NCBI GenBank assembly: GCA_048940445.1
Contig: JBHLON010000002.1
Span: 64,001 to 128,000, forward strand
Reading direction: 5' to 3'
From: Promethearchaeota archaeon
GTDB lineage: Archaea; Asgardarchaeota; Lokiarchaeia; Sigyniarchaeales; SOKP01
Length of the DNA: 64,000 bases
The translations under genes and the position numbers were made by a program. Shown here piece after piece: positions 54,353 to 64,000 of this stretch. Below the pieces are notes generated by a model that was given only the letters and a program-made list of their open reading frames with translations, did not search any database and was not told where the DNA came from. Positions within the stretch are counted from its first letter, which is position 1; each line of letters begins with the position of its first letter.

Positions 54353-55489
54353 TTATGAAATTTTATACGCTTCATTTATAGCTGAACATCCCCCGCATTT
54401 TACACAACCAGCTTTATTCTCTAACGGATTAACACCATATTCTTTCATTAATTTAGCAGCTTTCTTGTAAATCTTGACTAAAATTAAATGATCAGTGAGC
54501 GGCAATCTTCTACCTCCTGGAATGGATCTTACGGGTGTAATAAGTGGTATAATTCCTATTGAAATAATCTCTTCTAACCCTCTTATTAATTTATTATAAT
54601 CTTCTCCGAATCCAGTTAAAATAAATGTCTCAACTTGGTTATTTCCAAAAATTTGATGTGCATATTCCCAATTTTTCTTAAAAACCTTATATGGAATACG
54701 ATATTTACCAGGAGTTATTTTCTTTCTAATATCTTCATCAAGTACTTCTAAATGGATCCCTATTGTATCCGCTCCCGCTTCTTTTAGCTGTTTAATATAC
54801 GTTGAATCTTCTATTGGTTCGATTTGAACATGGAGCGGAAGTTTTGGATAATTTTTCTTAATCTCTTGCAATAATTTAATATAACGATTAGCACCTTTAT
54901 CTTCAGTTTCATCTGTACCACTTGTTAAAGTCATATGAGTACATCTTCCCTCTTTCTGAGCAGCTTTTATGACCTCAATCATTTGCTGAGGATTTTTTTC
55001 CAGAATTGTAGCATTTGAATGTAAACTTACTTCAATACCACAAAATGCACAACCTTCTCCACAAGCCCAATATATGCATCTTTGATATATTGTACTGGCT
55101 AAACAATCTAATCCATGGACTAACGCTATCTTTTTCATTGGGATTCCATCAGATGTAACATATTCCGGATTGTAATATTTTGGATTAGGAACTAATCTCA
55201 TTTTACTAAAAGAATTATTTGTTTTAGTATCGAAAATTTCAAAATACCCCTCATCATATTCTCCCAATAATAAATTAGTCCTACTTTTATTATCCCAAAG
55301 AGCGACATTTACTAAAACTCCATTTTCAAATAAGAAATAACGCCCCCCAGATGGACCCGCTCCTCCTTTTCGACCAAAATCGATTTCGATCCCTTGTTCT
55401 TGATACTCTCGAATTCGACTTTTATCAAGATACAATCCCTTACATAATAACTCCGTTTTTTTTACAAACGCAGAATAATCATCAATCAT
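54353..55489 (-). CDS. Radical SAM protein (MSMEG_0568-like, biotin synthase-related)
   Basis: RKGGAGPS, IALVHG.DCLAST, Cx8CxxC, C-terminal AGCVKCGGCS. Confidence 0.8.
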   Translation of the reverse strand: MIDDYSAFVKKTELLCKGLYLDKSRIREYQEQGIEIDFGRKGGAGPSGGRYFLFENGVLVNVALWDNKSRTNLLLGEYDEGYFEIFDTKTNNSFSKMRLVPNPKYYNPEYVTSDGIPMKKIALVHGLDCLASTIYQRCIYWACGEGCAFCGIEVSLHSNATILEKNPQQMIEVIKAAQKEGRCTHMTLTSGTDETEDKGANRYIKLLQEIKKNYPKLPLHVQIEPIEDSTYIKQLKEAGADTIGIHLEVLDEDIRKKITPGKYRIPYKVFKKNWEYAHQIFGNNQVETFILTGFGEDYNKLIRGLEEIISIGIIPLITPVRSIPGGRRLPLTDHLILVKIYKKAAKLMKEYGVNPLENKAGCVKCGGCSAINEAYKIS

Positions 55490-55666
55490 ACCATTGAAAT
55501 TAGGTGATTAGAATCCTAATTTAATAAAATTTTTTAATTAGCCTTCATGAAATTTATTTATTACAAGGATTATAAGGATAATTCTTATTAATTGTAAAAT
55601 TTATACTTTTAAAAGTTATATTAAAATTAAAAGCAAATTTTAAAAAAATTATCAGGTGTATTTAAT

Positions 55667-56293
55667 TTGGCACATAAGAGACCTTGGCGTTGTTATTCTA
55701 AGTGGACAAGACGCCCATTTCAACATAAGCGAAGTAAAAATCACCGAAGGGAATATGCACGTGGAGGAAGCCAATCAAAAATCGTTAGATTTTGGGGAGG
55801 CAACAAAGATATTGATTGGAAGGATTGGGAGCTAGTAGTTGGATTAAAATGTGACGCTCAAGTACAGATTTCCTCAAATGCACTTGAAGCGATTAGAGTA
55901 ACCATTAATGGTGCCTTACAAAAATTTTTAGGGAGAACGAATTATAGACTTCGAATGCGTCCTAAGCCTTTTCAGAAATATCGTGAAAACCGTATGTTGG
56001 CATTCGCAGGGGCGGATCGCGTTCAATCAGGCATGAGAAACAGCTTTGGACGTTCTACAGGCGTATGTGCGCGAATTCGGGCCGGTTCTGTGATTTGCGA
56101 TGTTGGTACTCATTTAAGAAACCTCCCTTTAATCCGAGAACGATTAAGAATCGCAAGTATGAAAGTACCTTGTTCCTGTTCGATAGTGATTTTGAGCTAT
56201 AAGGCTCCAGAATTTTTCAAAAAAGCTGGGTTACCTCTATACGATGATAAGAATCGAAAAGAAGTTCCTCTCTATGAACTTGCTTTTACATAA
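55667..56293 (+). CDS. rpl10e: 50S ribosomal protein uL16 (L10e)
   Basis: RP.RCY, QISSNALEA.R, REN.ML..AGADR.Q.GMR.SFG. Confidence 0.95.
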   Translation: MAHKRPWRCYSKWTRRPFQHKRSKNHRREYARGGSQSKIVRFWGGNKDIDWKDWELVVGLKCDAQVQISSNALEAIRVTINGALQKFLGRTNYRLRMRPKPFQKYRENRMLAFAGADRVQSGMRNSFGRSTGVCARIRAGSVICDVGTHLRNLPLIRERLRIASMKVPCSCSIVILSYKAPEFFKKAGLPLYDDKNRKEVPLYELAFT

Positions 56294-56435
56294 ATTGAAT
56301 TAAATTATTTGAAATTTACTTTACACAATTTCTTTTAATAAGAATTATTAATAGAAGTTAAACGACAACTTTTTAATAATTTAAGTTCTCTAATATTATA
56401 ACTTAAAATAAGTAATTGTAGTTTACCAGTAGAAC

Positions 56436-57785
56436 TTGAAAAATCTTGTACCTTTTTTCAATCCTAAAAGTGTGTTAATCATTGGGGTTTCCAGAAAGGC
56501 TCTTTCTTTCAGTTATACGGTCTTAAAAAATTTACTAGAAATCTTTTATCAAGGAAAGCTTTACATATTAAACCCAAACGCAAGTGAAATTTTGGGACTT
56601 CAGGCATATCATTCATTTGAAGAACTTCCAGAAGTACCTGAACTAGCAGTGATTGTTTTAGGTAAAAATATTTTAGAGATTGTTGAAAAGTTAGGTAAAA
56701 TGGGAGTAAAATATGTTGCTATTCAAACTGAATTAAAACCCGGCACAAATATCTCTGATATAACTCTAAAATTGCATGAGATTTGTGAAAAATATAATAT
56801 TACTTATTTAGGGCCTTCTATGTTAGGAGTCATTAATTTTATTGATAATTTTACGACTTCTATTATTCCAGTTAGACAACATATTATGCGGGAGAATAAG
56901 AATGTTAAAGAAGGATTAAGTTTTATTGCTCAAAGTGGAGGTCTAGCAGGAGCAATGGGTTGGTGGACACCATCCCAAAAGTTACCAATTTCGAAAGTCA
57001 TTCATTTGGGAAAAGGGTTTCATATTGATGAGGCAGATATTCTTGACTTTTTCTTAAATGACAGAACAACCAAGGTAATTTCCTTATTCCTTAGAGAAAT
57101 AAAAGAGGAATTAATTGAAGCAGTAAGACGAGTGTCTGGTTTTAAACCGGTACTCTTTTTTCATGTAGGTAAAGACGAAGAAAAAGTAATTAAGATGAAA
57201 CAAGCTGGAGGAATTGAAGTAATTAATTATATAGAACTTTTTGAGATTGCTAAAATATTTTTATGGTGTCCTGAACCAAAAGGTCCAAGATTAGGGCTTA
57301 TTGGGCCCTCCTCGGGAGCAATACATTTGATAGTTAGAGAGATGAGAAAACAAAACCTATCTTTAGCTCAACCTAGTGAAGAATCCAGGAAAGTAATATT
57401 AGATAAAGTGGGAGGTTCAACTTGTGCTTTTGGTAATCCTGTTGATTTTTGGCCCCCTGAAAAGTTTATTGGTATAAAAATATGTGGGATTTACAATACA
57501 GCTTCACAAGCATTATTAGAAGATTCTGCGGTCAATGGTTTAATTTTAGCTTTAGAATTTTTTATTGAAATAGAATTTGATATTGGGATATATTCTTCAT
57601 TAAAATCTAAATTTCCAGATAAACCAATCATAATTATTCTTATTCAGGCAGAGCATGAAGGAGCAAAGCGTTTAATAAAGACTGCAAATGAATTAAAGAT
57701 TCCAGTCTTCGAAAATGAAATAGAACGAGCAGTAAGGGGATATAAACTTCTTTATGATTGGCATTCGAAAATAAAAAAGAAATAG
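56436..57785 (+). CDS. CoA-binding protein, ADP-forming acyl-CoA synthetase alpha-like
   Basis: FFNPKSV.IIG.S, LGP..LG, FIAQSGG, NPVD; phospho-His loop absent. Confidence 0.8.
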   Translation: MKNLVPFFNPKSVLIIGVSRKALSFSYTVLKNLLEIFYQGKLYILNPNASEILGLQAYHSFEELPEVPELAVIVLGKNILEIVEKLGKMGVKYVAIQTELKPGTNISDITLKLHEICEKYNITYLGPSMLGVINFIDNFTTSIIPVRQHIMRENKNVKEGLSFIAQSGGLAGAMGWWTPSQKLPISKVIHLGKGFHIDEADILDFFLNDRTTKVISLFLREIKEELIEAVRRVSGFKPVLFFHVGKDEEKVIKMKQAGGIEVINYIELFEIAKIFLWCPEPKGPRLGLIGPSSGAIHLIVREMRKQNLSLAQPSEESRKVILDKVGGSTCAFGNPVDFWPPEKFIGIKICGIYNTASQALLEDSAVNGLILALEFFIEIEFDIGIYSSLKSKFPDKPIIIILIQAEHEGAKRLIKTANELKIPVFENEIERAVRGYKLLYDWHSKIKKK

Positions 57786-57787
57786 TT

Positions 57788-59041
57788 TTAGCTAAAAAAT
57801 ATATCTTTTAATTCATTGGGTACTTCAGTATCTTCATCCATTAGAGAGACGGCGTAAACAGTTTCTCCACATTTACATTCTGTTCCTTCAAATAAGTAAT
57901 ACTTAAATTCGTTTTTCCAGTTACAGATTTGCACGCTTCTAATATATGTTAATTCCCCACATAAACAATAGATTCCTTTATCTTTAGAGTAGTCTGGGAT
58001 TATCTCATTAAAAGGGCGATGCGCTTCTGAAAATTCAGAATCATTTAACATTTGATTTATCTCATTCGCAAGTATATCTCTTAAAGTAGGAATAAAACTA
58101 GTTATAACTCCATCCTTGGCTTTAACTTCGGTTAGTACTATAAAGTTTTTCTCTGCTTTTTGTTGGGGGAGTATAGGTTGCTCATATTGTTGTAGTCTTT
58201 CTGGGATCTGAAATGGGGCCATCCCTTCTGGATATTCAAATGAAAAATAAAATTGAGTAACTCCTCTGAAAGTTCGTTGATTAATAAGGCTCAAATTTTC
58301 ATAATCTCTACTATATAGTCCAAATTTTATCAATTGTAGTGGAACTTTTAATTCCAGAAGCTTAGCTCTAATGTTATTTAAAATTTCATTTACAAAACTC
58401 TTTAAAATCATAATGTCATTCCGATTTTGAGTAAAAATCTCATTTTTATTTTCTTCTTTAAATCTCAACCATTTTTTTAAATAAGAACTCCTAACAAACT
58501 GAGGTACTATACAAAAAATGCATAATATAGGAAATAAAAATAGATAAAAATCTCCTATATTTGGGATAAACATTAGTACTGTAATTGCAGCAAGGAGAGG
58601 TAACGTTAAAATTAAATTAATATTCCTTAATCGCTTGTCTACTGAGTTCTTTATTCCTTTATTAAAAGCAGTTTCCTCAGCTTTAGCTTTGAGTCTATAA
58701 ATAGTTTCTAATATCTTATTATGATCATAACTTAACTTTAATAATTTATCTTCTTCAGTTCCTTGTTCTGATTTATCTATTTTGTTAGTTAATCTTTTAA
58801 CGTATTGTTCGAGATTACGATCTTTATATATGAAGTCTAAGGTTTCTTCAACAAAATAATCAAGAAATCTAGCAATAAATAATTTGTCCTCAATATCTTG
58901 AATGTCTTCTGGCTTCAATCCTAATTCTTCTTGAATCATTTGACCCTGGGTTTTTTTCGATGACTTTTTCCATCTTGATTTTTTTTCTTTTTTTTCAGAA
59001 GTATCTTTTTCTCTACTTTCATTCATTTCGGTTTCATTCAT
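57788..59041 (-). CDS. Hypothetical 2-TM protein with C-terminal CxC...CxC Zn-binding region
   Basis: Long ORF; two TM helices; YCLCGE and ECKCGE. Confidence 0.75.
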   Translation of the reverse strand: MNETEMNESREKDTSEKKEKKSRWKKSSKKTQGQMIQEELGLKPEDIQDIEDKLFIARFLDYFVEETLDFIYKDRNLEQYVKRLTNKIDKSEQGTEEDKLLKLSYDHNKILETIYRLKAKAEETAFNKGIKNSVDKRLRNINLILTLPLLAAITVLMFIPNIGDFYLFLFPILCIFCIVPQFVRSSYLKKWLRFKEENKNEIFTQNRNDIMILKSFVNEILNNIRAKLLELKVPLQLIKFGLYSRDYENLSLINQRTFRGVTQFYFSFEYPEGMAPFQIPERLQQYEQPILPQQKAEKNFIVLTEVKAKDGVITSFIPTLRDILANEINQMLNDSEFSEAHRPFNEIIPDYSKDKGIYCLCGELTYIRSVQICNWKNEFKYYLFEGTECKCGETVYAVSLMDEDTEVPNELKDIFFS

Positions 59042-59187
59042 AATTCTTAAAAAAGCATATCTAACCTAATAATTAGTTAATAATGGTTGTAAAATAATTA
59101 ACTTTATGAATTTTTTGTTGAAGAATAATAATTTTGTCTTTTTCTCAAAATTAAAAGTTTAAATAATTCTTGAATAGTGTAATAATT

Positions 59188-60030
59188 GTGAGCAAAACGA
59201 TAAATTTGACTACAAAGATTTTATTAAAAGATTTAAAGTTTCCAGAAGCATTAAGATGGTATGATAACAAATTATGGTTTTCTGATATGGAAACTCGTAA
59301 AATAACTTCTGTTGATATGAAAGGAACAGCAAAGTCCATAATTGAAATACCTAATCGACCATCTGGCTTAGGATGGCTACCTGATGGAAGCCTTCTAGTG
59401 GTTTCTATGGAAGACCGTAAATTACTTCAGCTTGAATCAGGGATTATTAAAGAATTTATGGATTTAAGTGGATTTGCAACTTATCCTTTAAACGATATGG
59501 TGGTTAATGAACAAGGATATGCATATATTGGACATTTTGGGTTTGATTATATTAACAACCAACCTTTTGTACCTGCTACGATTATAATGGTTACTTCTGA
59601 AAGAAAGACTAAGATTGTGGCTAAAAATATGTCATTTCCAAACGGTATGGTTATTACTCCTGATGGTAAAACACTTATTGTGGCAGAGACTCTTTCAGCT
59701 CGATTAACAGCCTTTGACATCAGAAATGACGGAACTCTTAATAATCGGCGATTATGGGCGAATCTAAAATCAATACCCCCCGATGGAATCTGTCTTGATG
59801 AGAAAGGAGCTGTTTGGGTTGCTGCACCAGGGAAACATAAAGCAGTACGTGTTCTTGAAGGAGGAGAGATAACTCATGCCGTAAATGTAAAGAATGATGC
59901 CTATGCTTGCATGCTAGGAGGACCAAATCTGACAACTTTATTCATTGCAACATCAAGAAGTCATCAGATAAGAGAAAAAGGTCAGATCGAATATGTAGAA
60001 GTTGAGGTGCCAAAGGCAGGTTTTCCATAA
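59188..60030 (+). CDS. SMP-30/gluconolactonase/LRE family protein, copy 1 (ORF track start 59170)
   Basis: FPE..RW, PSGLGWLPDG, NDMVV, FPNG, PDGICLD. Confidence 0.9.
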   Translation: MSKTINLTTKILLKDLKFPEALRWYDNKLWFSDMETRKITSVDMKGTAKSIIEIPNRPSGLGWLPDGSLLVVSMEDRKLLQLESGIIKEFMDLSGFATYPLNDMVVNEQGYAYIGHFGFDYINNQPFVPATIIMVTSERKTKIVAKNMSFPNGMVITPDGKTLIVAETLSARLTAFDIRNDGTLNNRRLWANLKSIPPDGICLDEKGAVWVAAPGKHKAVRVLEGGEITHAVNVKNDAYACMLGGPNLTTLFIATSRSHQIREKGQIEYVEVEVPKAGFP

Positions 60031-60238
60031 AATCAGTTTTGCTTAAATGCTTATAATAAATGTTAAGTTTTTAAATCTCTATTTTAATCGGCTTTTTCTT
60101 TTTCAGTTATTCCTTTTTTCTCTCAGGCTTATCTTTTTTAAGTTGTGTTCATAACTTTATGAATCTTTTTATTGAAAATTAATAAATTTACATTTTATAG
60201 TTGAAAACTATTTATAATTTTTATATAAAATATCAATT

Positions 60239-61075
60239 ATGAGTAAAACTAAAAGGTTAACTACAAAAATCCTACTTACTGATTTAAAATTTCCAGAAGG
60301 ACCAAGATGGCACGATGGCAAACTTTGGTTCTCTGATATGGAAGATTGCAAAGTAATAATTGTTGATATGAAAGGAAATAAACAAATAGCATTTGACGTG
60401 CCAAATAAACCATCTGGTTTAGGATGGTTGCCTGATGGAAGACTATTGGTGGCCTCTATGAAAGATCGTAAACTTTTCCGACAAAATTTAAAAGGACTAG
60501 AAGAAGTAGCTGATTTGAGCAAGTTAGCAACTTTTGATTTGAATGACATGGTCGTAGATAAGCAAGGACGTGCTTATATTGGAAATTTTGGTTTTGATTA
60601 TCTTAACCACCAACCTTATGTACCTGCTAATATTGTCATGGTATCTCCTGATGAAACTGTTAAGGTAGTGGCAGAAGATATGGCCTTCCCAAATGGCATG
60701 ATTATCACCCCTGATGATAAGACTCTTATTGTAGCAGAAACTTTTTCAGCTAGACTAACAGCTTTTAATATCAGAAATGATGGAACTCTTAAGAATAGGC
60801 AAATATGGGCAAATCTGAAATCTATTCCACCTGATGGAATTTGTCTTGATGAAGAAGGAGGAATTTGGGTTGCTGCTCCAGGACGGCATAGGACTGTAAG
60901 AGTTCTCGAAGGTGGAGAAATAACACATGTTGTAAAGGTGCAGAATGATGCTTATGCCTGTATGTTAGGTGGACCAGATCTTACAACATTATTTATAGCA
61001 ACTGCAGCTTATACCAGAGATAAAGGGCAGATTGAATATGTAGAAGTCAACGTACCAAAAGCTGGGCTTCCGTAA
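60239..61075 (+). CDS. SMP-30/gluconolactonase/LRE family protein, copy 2
   Basis: Close tandem paralog of 59188-60030. Confidence 0.9.
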   Translation: MSKTKRLTTKILLTDLKFPEGPRWHDGKLWFSDMEDCKVIIVDMKGNKQIAFDVPNKPSGLGWLPDGRLLVASMKDRKLFRQNLKGLEEVADLSKLATFDLNDMVVDKQGRAYIGNFGFDYLNHQPYVPANIVMVSPDETVKVVAEDMAFPNGMIITPDDKTLIVAETFSARLTAFNIRNDGTLKNRQIWANLKSIPPDGICLDEEGGIWVAAPGRHRTVRVLEGGEITHVVKVQNDAYACMLGGPDLTTLFIATAAYTRDKGQIEYVEVNVPKAGLP

Positions 61076-61226
61076 CTATTTCCAAAAGTGACTAATCATT
61101 TTAGATGGTTAAAAAATATGTAGATTGACATTTTTATCAAAATGTCTCTTTATCGCATAAATATAAAAACATAATTCAACATCTACTTATAAACTACTTA
61201 ATTTATTTAAAAAAGTGTTAAGGGAT

Positions 61227-63647
61227 ATGAAATCAAAAAATAACAAGTTAGAATCATTAACATTTATTCTTTTTTTCATGATCTCGATGGCTTCTATGAC
61301 TAATTTTATCTTCAATGTTAAAGCTAATTCATACATTCCAGAAGAAAATGAATATAATGGCTGGTACTAGGCAATCAAAGAGGGAGACCAAATTTATTTT
61401 GAAACAGAGTTTATTGTGACTAATTATACCACATCCGAAGTAGAATTAATGTTTAAAGATATATGGATTTATAATATTACGGCTATTGGGAATGTTACTA
61501 TCGATTGGTTAGGAATAAACTCATTTTCTCAGGTAAATGCAACACAATGCTATTATAATACCACATCAGGCGAGCTAGTAGCATATGATGCTCCATCAGA
61601 GTTTGCTCTATTTGGGTATAATAGTTCTGATCCAATAACATATCGATATCGCGCAGGAAATATGGGTATACCTTTAGTATTGCCTCTGAATAGTTCAAGT
61701 GTAGAGGTTGATATTTTGGACGATATTATAAATGAAACTATGTATTATCCAGCCTCTGAAATGGGCGTTTTTAATCAATTCGATTATTATGAATCTGATC
61801 CCGTTCAAAATAGGATTTCATTCTCTAATTCTACAGATGGCTATTTTTCAGAAGCATACTACTATGATAATGGGACTTTGAGAAGTGGAACCGCCTTTTT
61901 AATGGTTCAAATAGGCAGCGGTCCGATGTTAATAAATGCAAATTTTAGAAGAGTATTTGATTACAACATAACAGATCAAGTAGAATGGGGCGTTGATGTT
62001 GGTGATACTCTCTATTACGATTGGTATGAGGGTTATGATTGGGGCGGAGATGCGGATGATTATAGGATGAATATTGTGGATATTTCTGAAGAAATGCTTG
62101 AAAAATCTAAAAATACTTTTAGTGATAACCTAGTTTACATGACATACCAAGTAGTATATGCAGACATATATGCTTGGAATGGAGTCAGTTATGAACTTGT
62201 GGAATCTAATTATGAAATTGGATTTGCTAATAATTTCTATCCATTATATTTTGATGAATTAAACTTTGAGGCTGGATTTTACGCATTTCTTTATCCTAAT
62301 AATTTTGCCATGGAAGACTATGAATTTACGTTAAATAATCATACTCTAAATATATTTCAATTTGTTGTGGATGAGATCTCCTTTTCACAAAATACATTTT
62401 TTGAAACCCTTATTAGAAATTCTACAAGTAATGACTTCATAAAAATCACTTTTGATAAATCGACGGGAATAATTCAATCGAACTTAATGATCTTTGATGA
62501 TTATATATCGTTTATTGAAGTAAAACAACAAAGTCTAGTAGATTGGTCTGTTAATGTAGGGGATGTTTTATATTATAAACAAAATGGTGATTATGTAGCT
62601 GAACAGAGAATAAATATAACTGGTAGTTACACTTTATTCGTGAATATGAGTGAATATTATGACCAATTGAGTTCAATGGGAATCTCATTGACCTTTCCCT
62701 CTTCTCAACCGGAATTGCAATTCTTTTCGTATATTGAGGCTGATTTTGAAGAGTGGGATCCAATTGCAGAATCGTGGCATTATACTGGGAATGATCCTTT
62801 TGCTATTGCAAATATATATTGGCCAATTTCTCCAATTCAGTTCGAATTTGGTCCTCCCTTATTGATGCCTGAAAATACTGATAGCTCCGAACTTATGGAA
62901 CTCTTTAGCGTATATGGTACTGTTTATGATGATATTACCTACGGTCACGGATATGTTATCCTTAAAAATTCTACTTTAGATAGATCATTGAATTATTACT
63001 TTGATGAGGCTTCAGGAAGAGTTACTATGATGTATGGATGGATGACCTCACCAATTCCAGGAGAAGACTGGTCTTATATGTCAATTTATCCGATGTTTCA
63101 TAGAGCTTGTCCAGTTGGTTCTAATTCATTTCAACCACAATCTGATTTCCCAATGAGCATATCAGTTGATATAGAATTTAATGTGAATGTATCTGGTTAT
63201 GGTGTTGAATATATCTACTCCATGTTTCCTTATAACCCTACTAATGATTCTTTACCTCAAGGAACTGCTTTAGCTTATTTTGATCAATTACTTATTAATT
63301 ATACTTACATTGATGGCAATATTTCCATGACAATTACTCTTCCGTCTTCTATAGATCTCAATTCAGCAACGTTATATATTTTTGCGTGGAATATGAGTGG
63401 CACTGAAGATTGGGATACTCCCCCACCAGAATTCTATGATACTATTGTCTATGATTACATTGCGAATAGATTTACCATTCAAATTCCTCCTTGGGGAGCG
63501 TGGCCACTAATCTCCGCTATTTCATATAGTGGCGGTGAAGGAGGAGAACTACCTGGAGAAATACCTGGATACAATCCTATTTTCCTTCTCATTGGAATAA
63601 TAGGCATATCAACGATTTTCATGATAAAAAAAAAGAGAACTAAATAA
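61227..63647 (+). CDS. Secreted surface glycoprotein with Loki-CTERM-like anchor; in-frame TAG at 61368-61370 (nonsense, error or read-through)
   Basis: Signal peptide from ATG 61227 in frame with the 61416 ORF; three W-x-V-x-x-GD-x-L-YY repeats; many N-x-S/T; IPGY-TM-KKKR end. Confidence 0.75.
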
Positions 63648-63832
63648 TTCTAAATTTTTTTATTTTTTTGTTTTAAAGCTTAATAATTTATTAAACTCAT
63701 TTTAAACTATTTTGCCAAAAATAATAGAATTCATTAGTAATCCCATATTTTATTAAGAAACGTTTTAAATAGTAATTCTTATTTAATATAATTAATATAA
63801 CAAGAAAATTATTCATAAAGGAAGGAAGAAAA

Positions 63833-64000
63833 ATGGATAAAGAAAAAGTAAAGCAAGTTATTGAAAAAATTAGGCCTCAGTTGCAAGCTGATGGCGGAGA
63901 TGTTGAAATCGTTGAAATTACTGACGACGGTATAGTTAAAGTACGATTACAAGGAACATGTGCTGGCTGTCCATATAGTCAGCAAACACTTTCAATGGGA
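63833..64000 (+). CDS. NifU/NfuA-like Fe-S scaffold (3' partial)
   Basis: IRPQLQADGGDVE...VRLQGTCAGCPYSQQTL. Confidence 0.92.
   Translation, partial: MDKEKVKQVIEKIRPQLQADGGDVEIVEITDDGIVKVRLQGTCAGCPYSQQTLSMG

Noticed and set aside
60080-60155. Possible degenerate copy of the 5' end of the 57788-59041 gene
   Set aside because: Similarity is limited to low-complexity pyrimidine-rich sequence and cannot be supported without alignment.

Overview
Very AT-rich archaeal chromosome segment, most likely Asgard/Lokiarchaeia. This is inferred from the archaeal uL16/L10e, Cdc6/Orc1, XerA and RNase P RNA, the frequent TTG/GTG starts, and a surface protein ending in an IPGY-TM-basic (Loki-CTERM-like) tail. 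It holds about 60 housekeeping and accessory genes: hypB, an ABC exporter, a PiT transporter, purA, tldD/tldE, cdc6, xerA, trxB, a glycyl-radical enzyme with its activase, a membrane H+-PPase, dnaJ/dnaK/grpE, methylmalonyl-CoA mutase subunits with meaB, rpl10e, and nifU. Main discovery: two unrelated protein-coding genes, purA (9775-9804, minus strand) and a small Zn-ribbon gene missed by the ORF track (45550-45579, plus strand), are each interrupted near the 5' end by a 30-nt insert with the same layout, N-TTAA-N15(hairpin)-TTAA-NNNN-NN. Each insert folds with the upstream exon into a bulge-helix-bulge (BHB)-type splice motif and carries an in-frame TAA. Excision at the canonical endonuclease cut sites restores the reading frame exactly, and in purA it restores the catalytic WGDEGKGK motif. 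This points to a family of uniform mRNA micro-introns spliced by the tRNA endonuclease. Secondary signals: diverged, displaced copies of gene 3' ends (meaB, pirin, a GNAT) bracketing accessory islets, dif-like sites near xerA, an in-frame TAG in a surface protein, an IFT52-like protein, and several unannotated microproteins. All calls come from reading the sequence by eye; no searches or folding programs were run.
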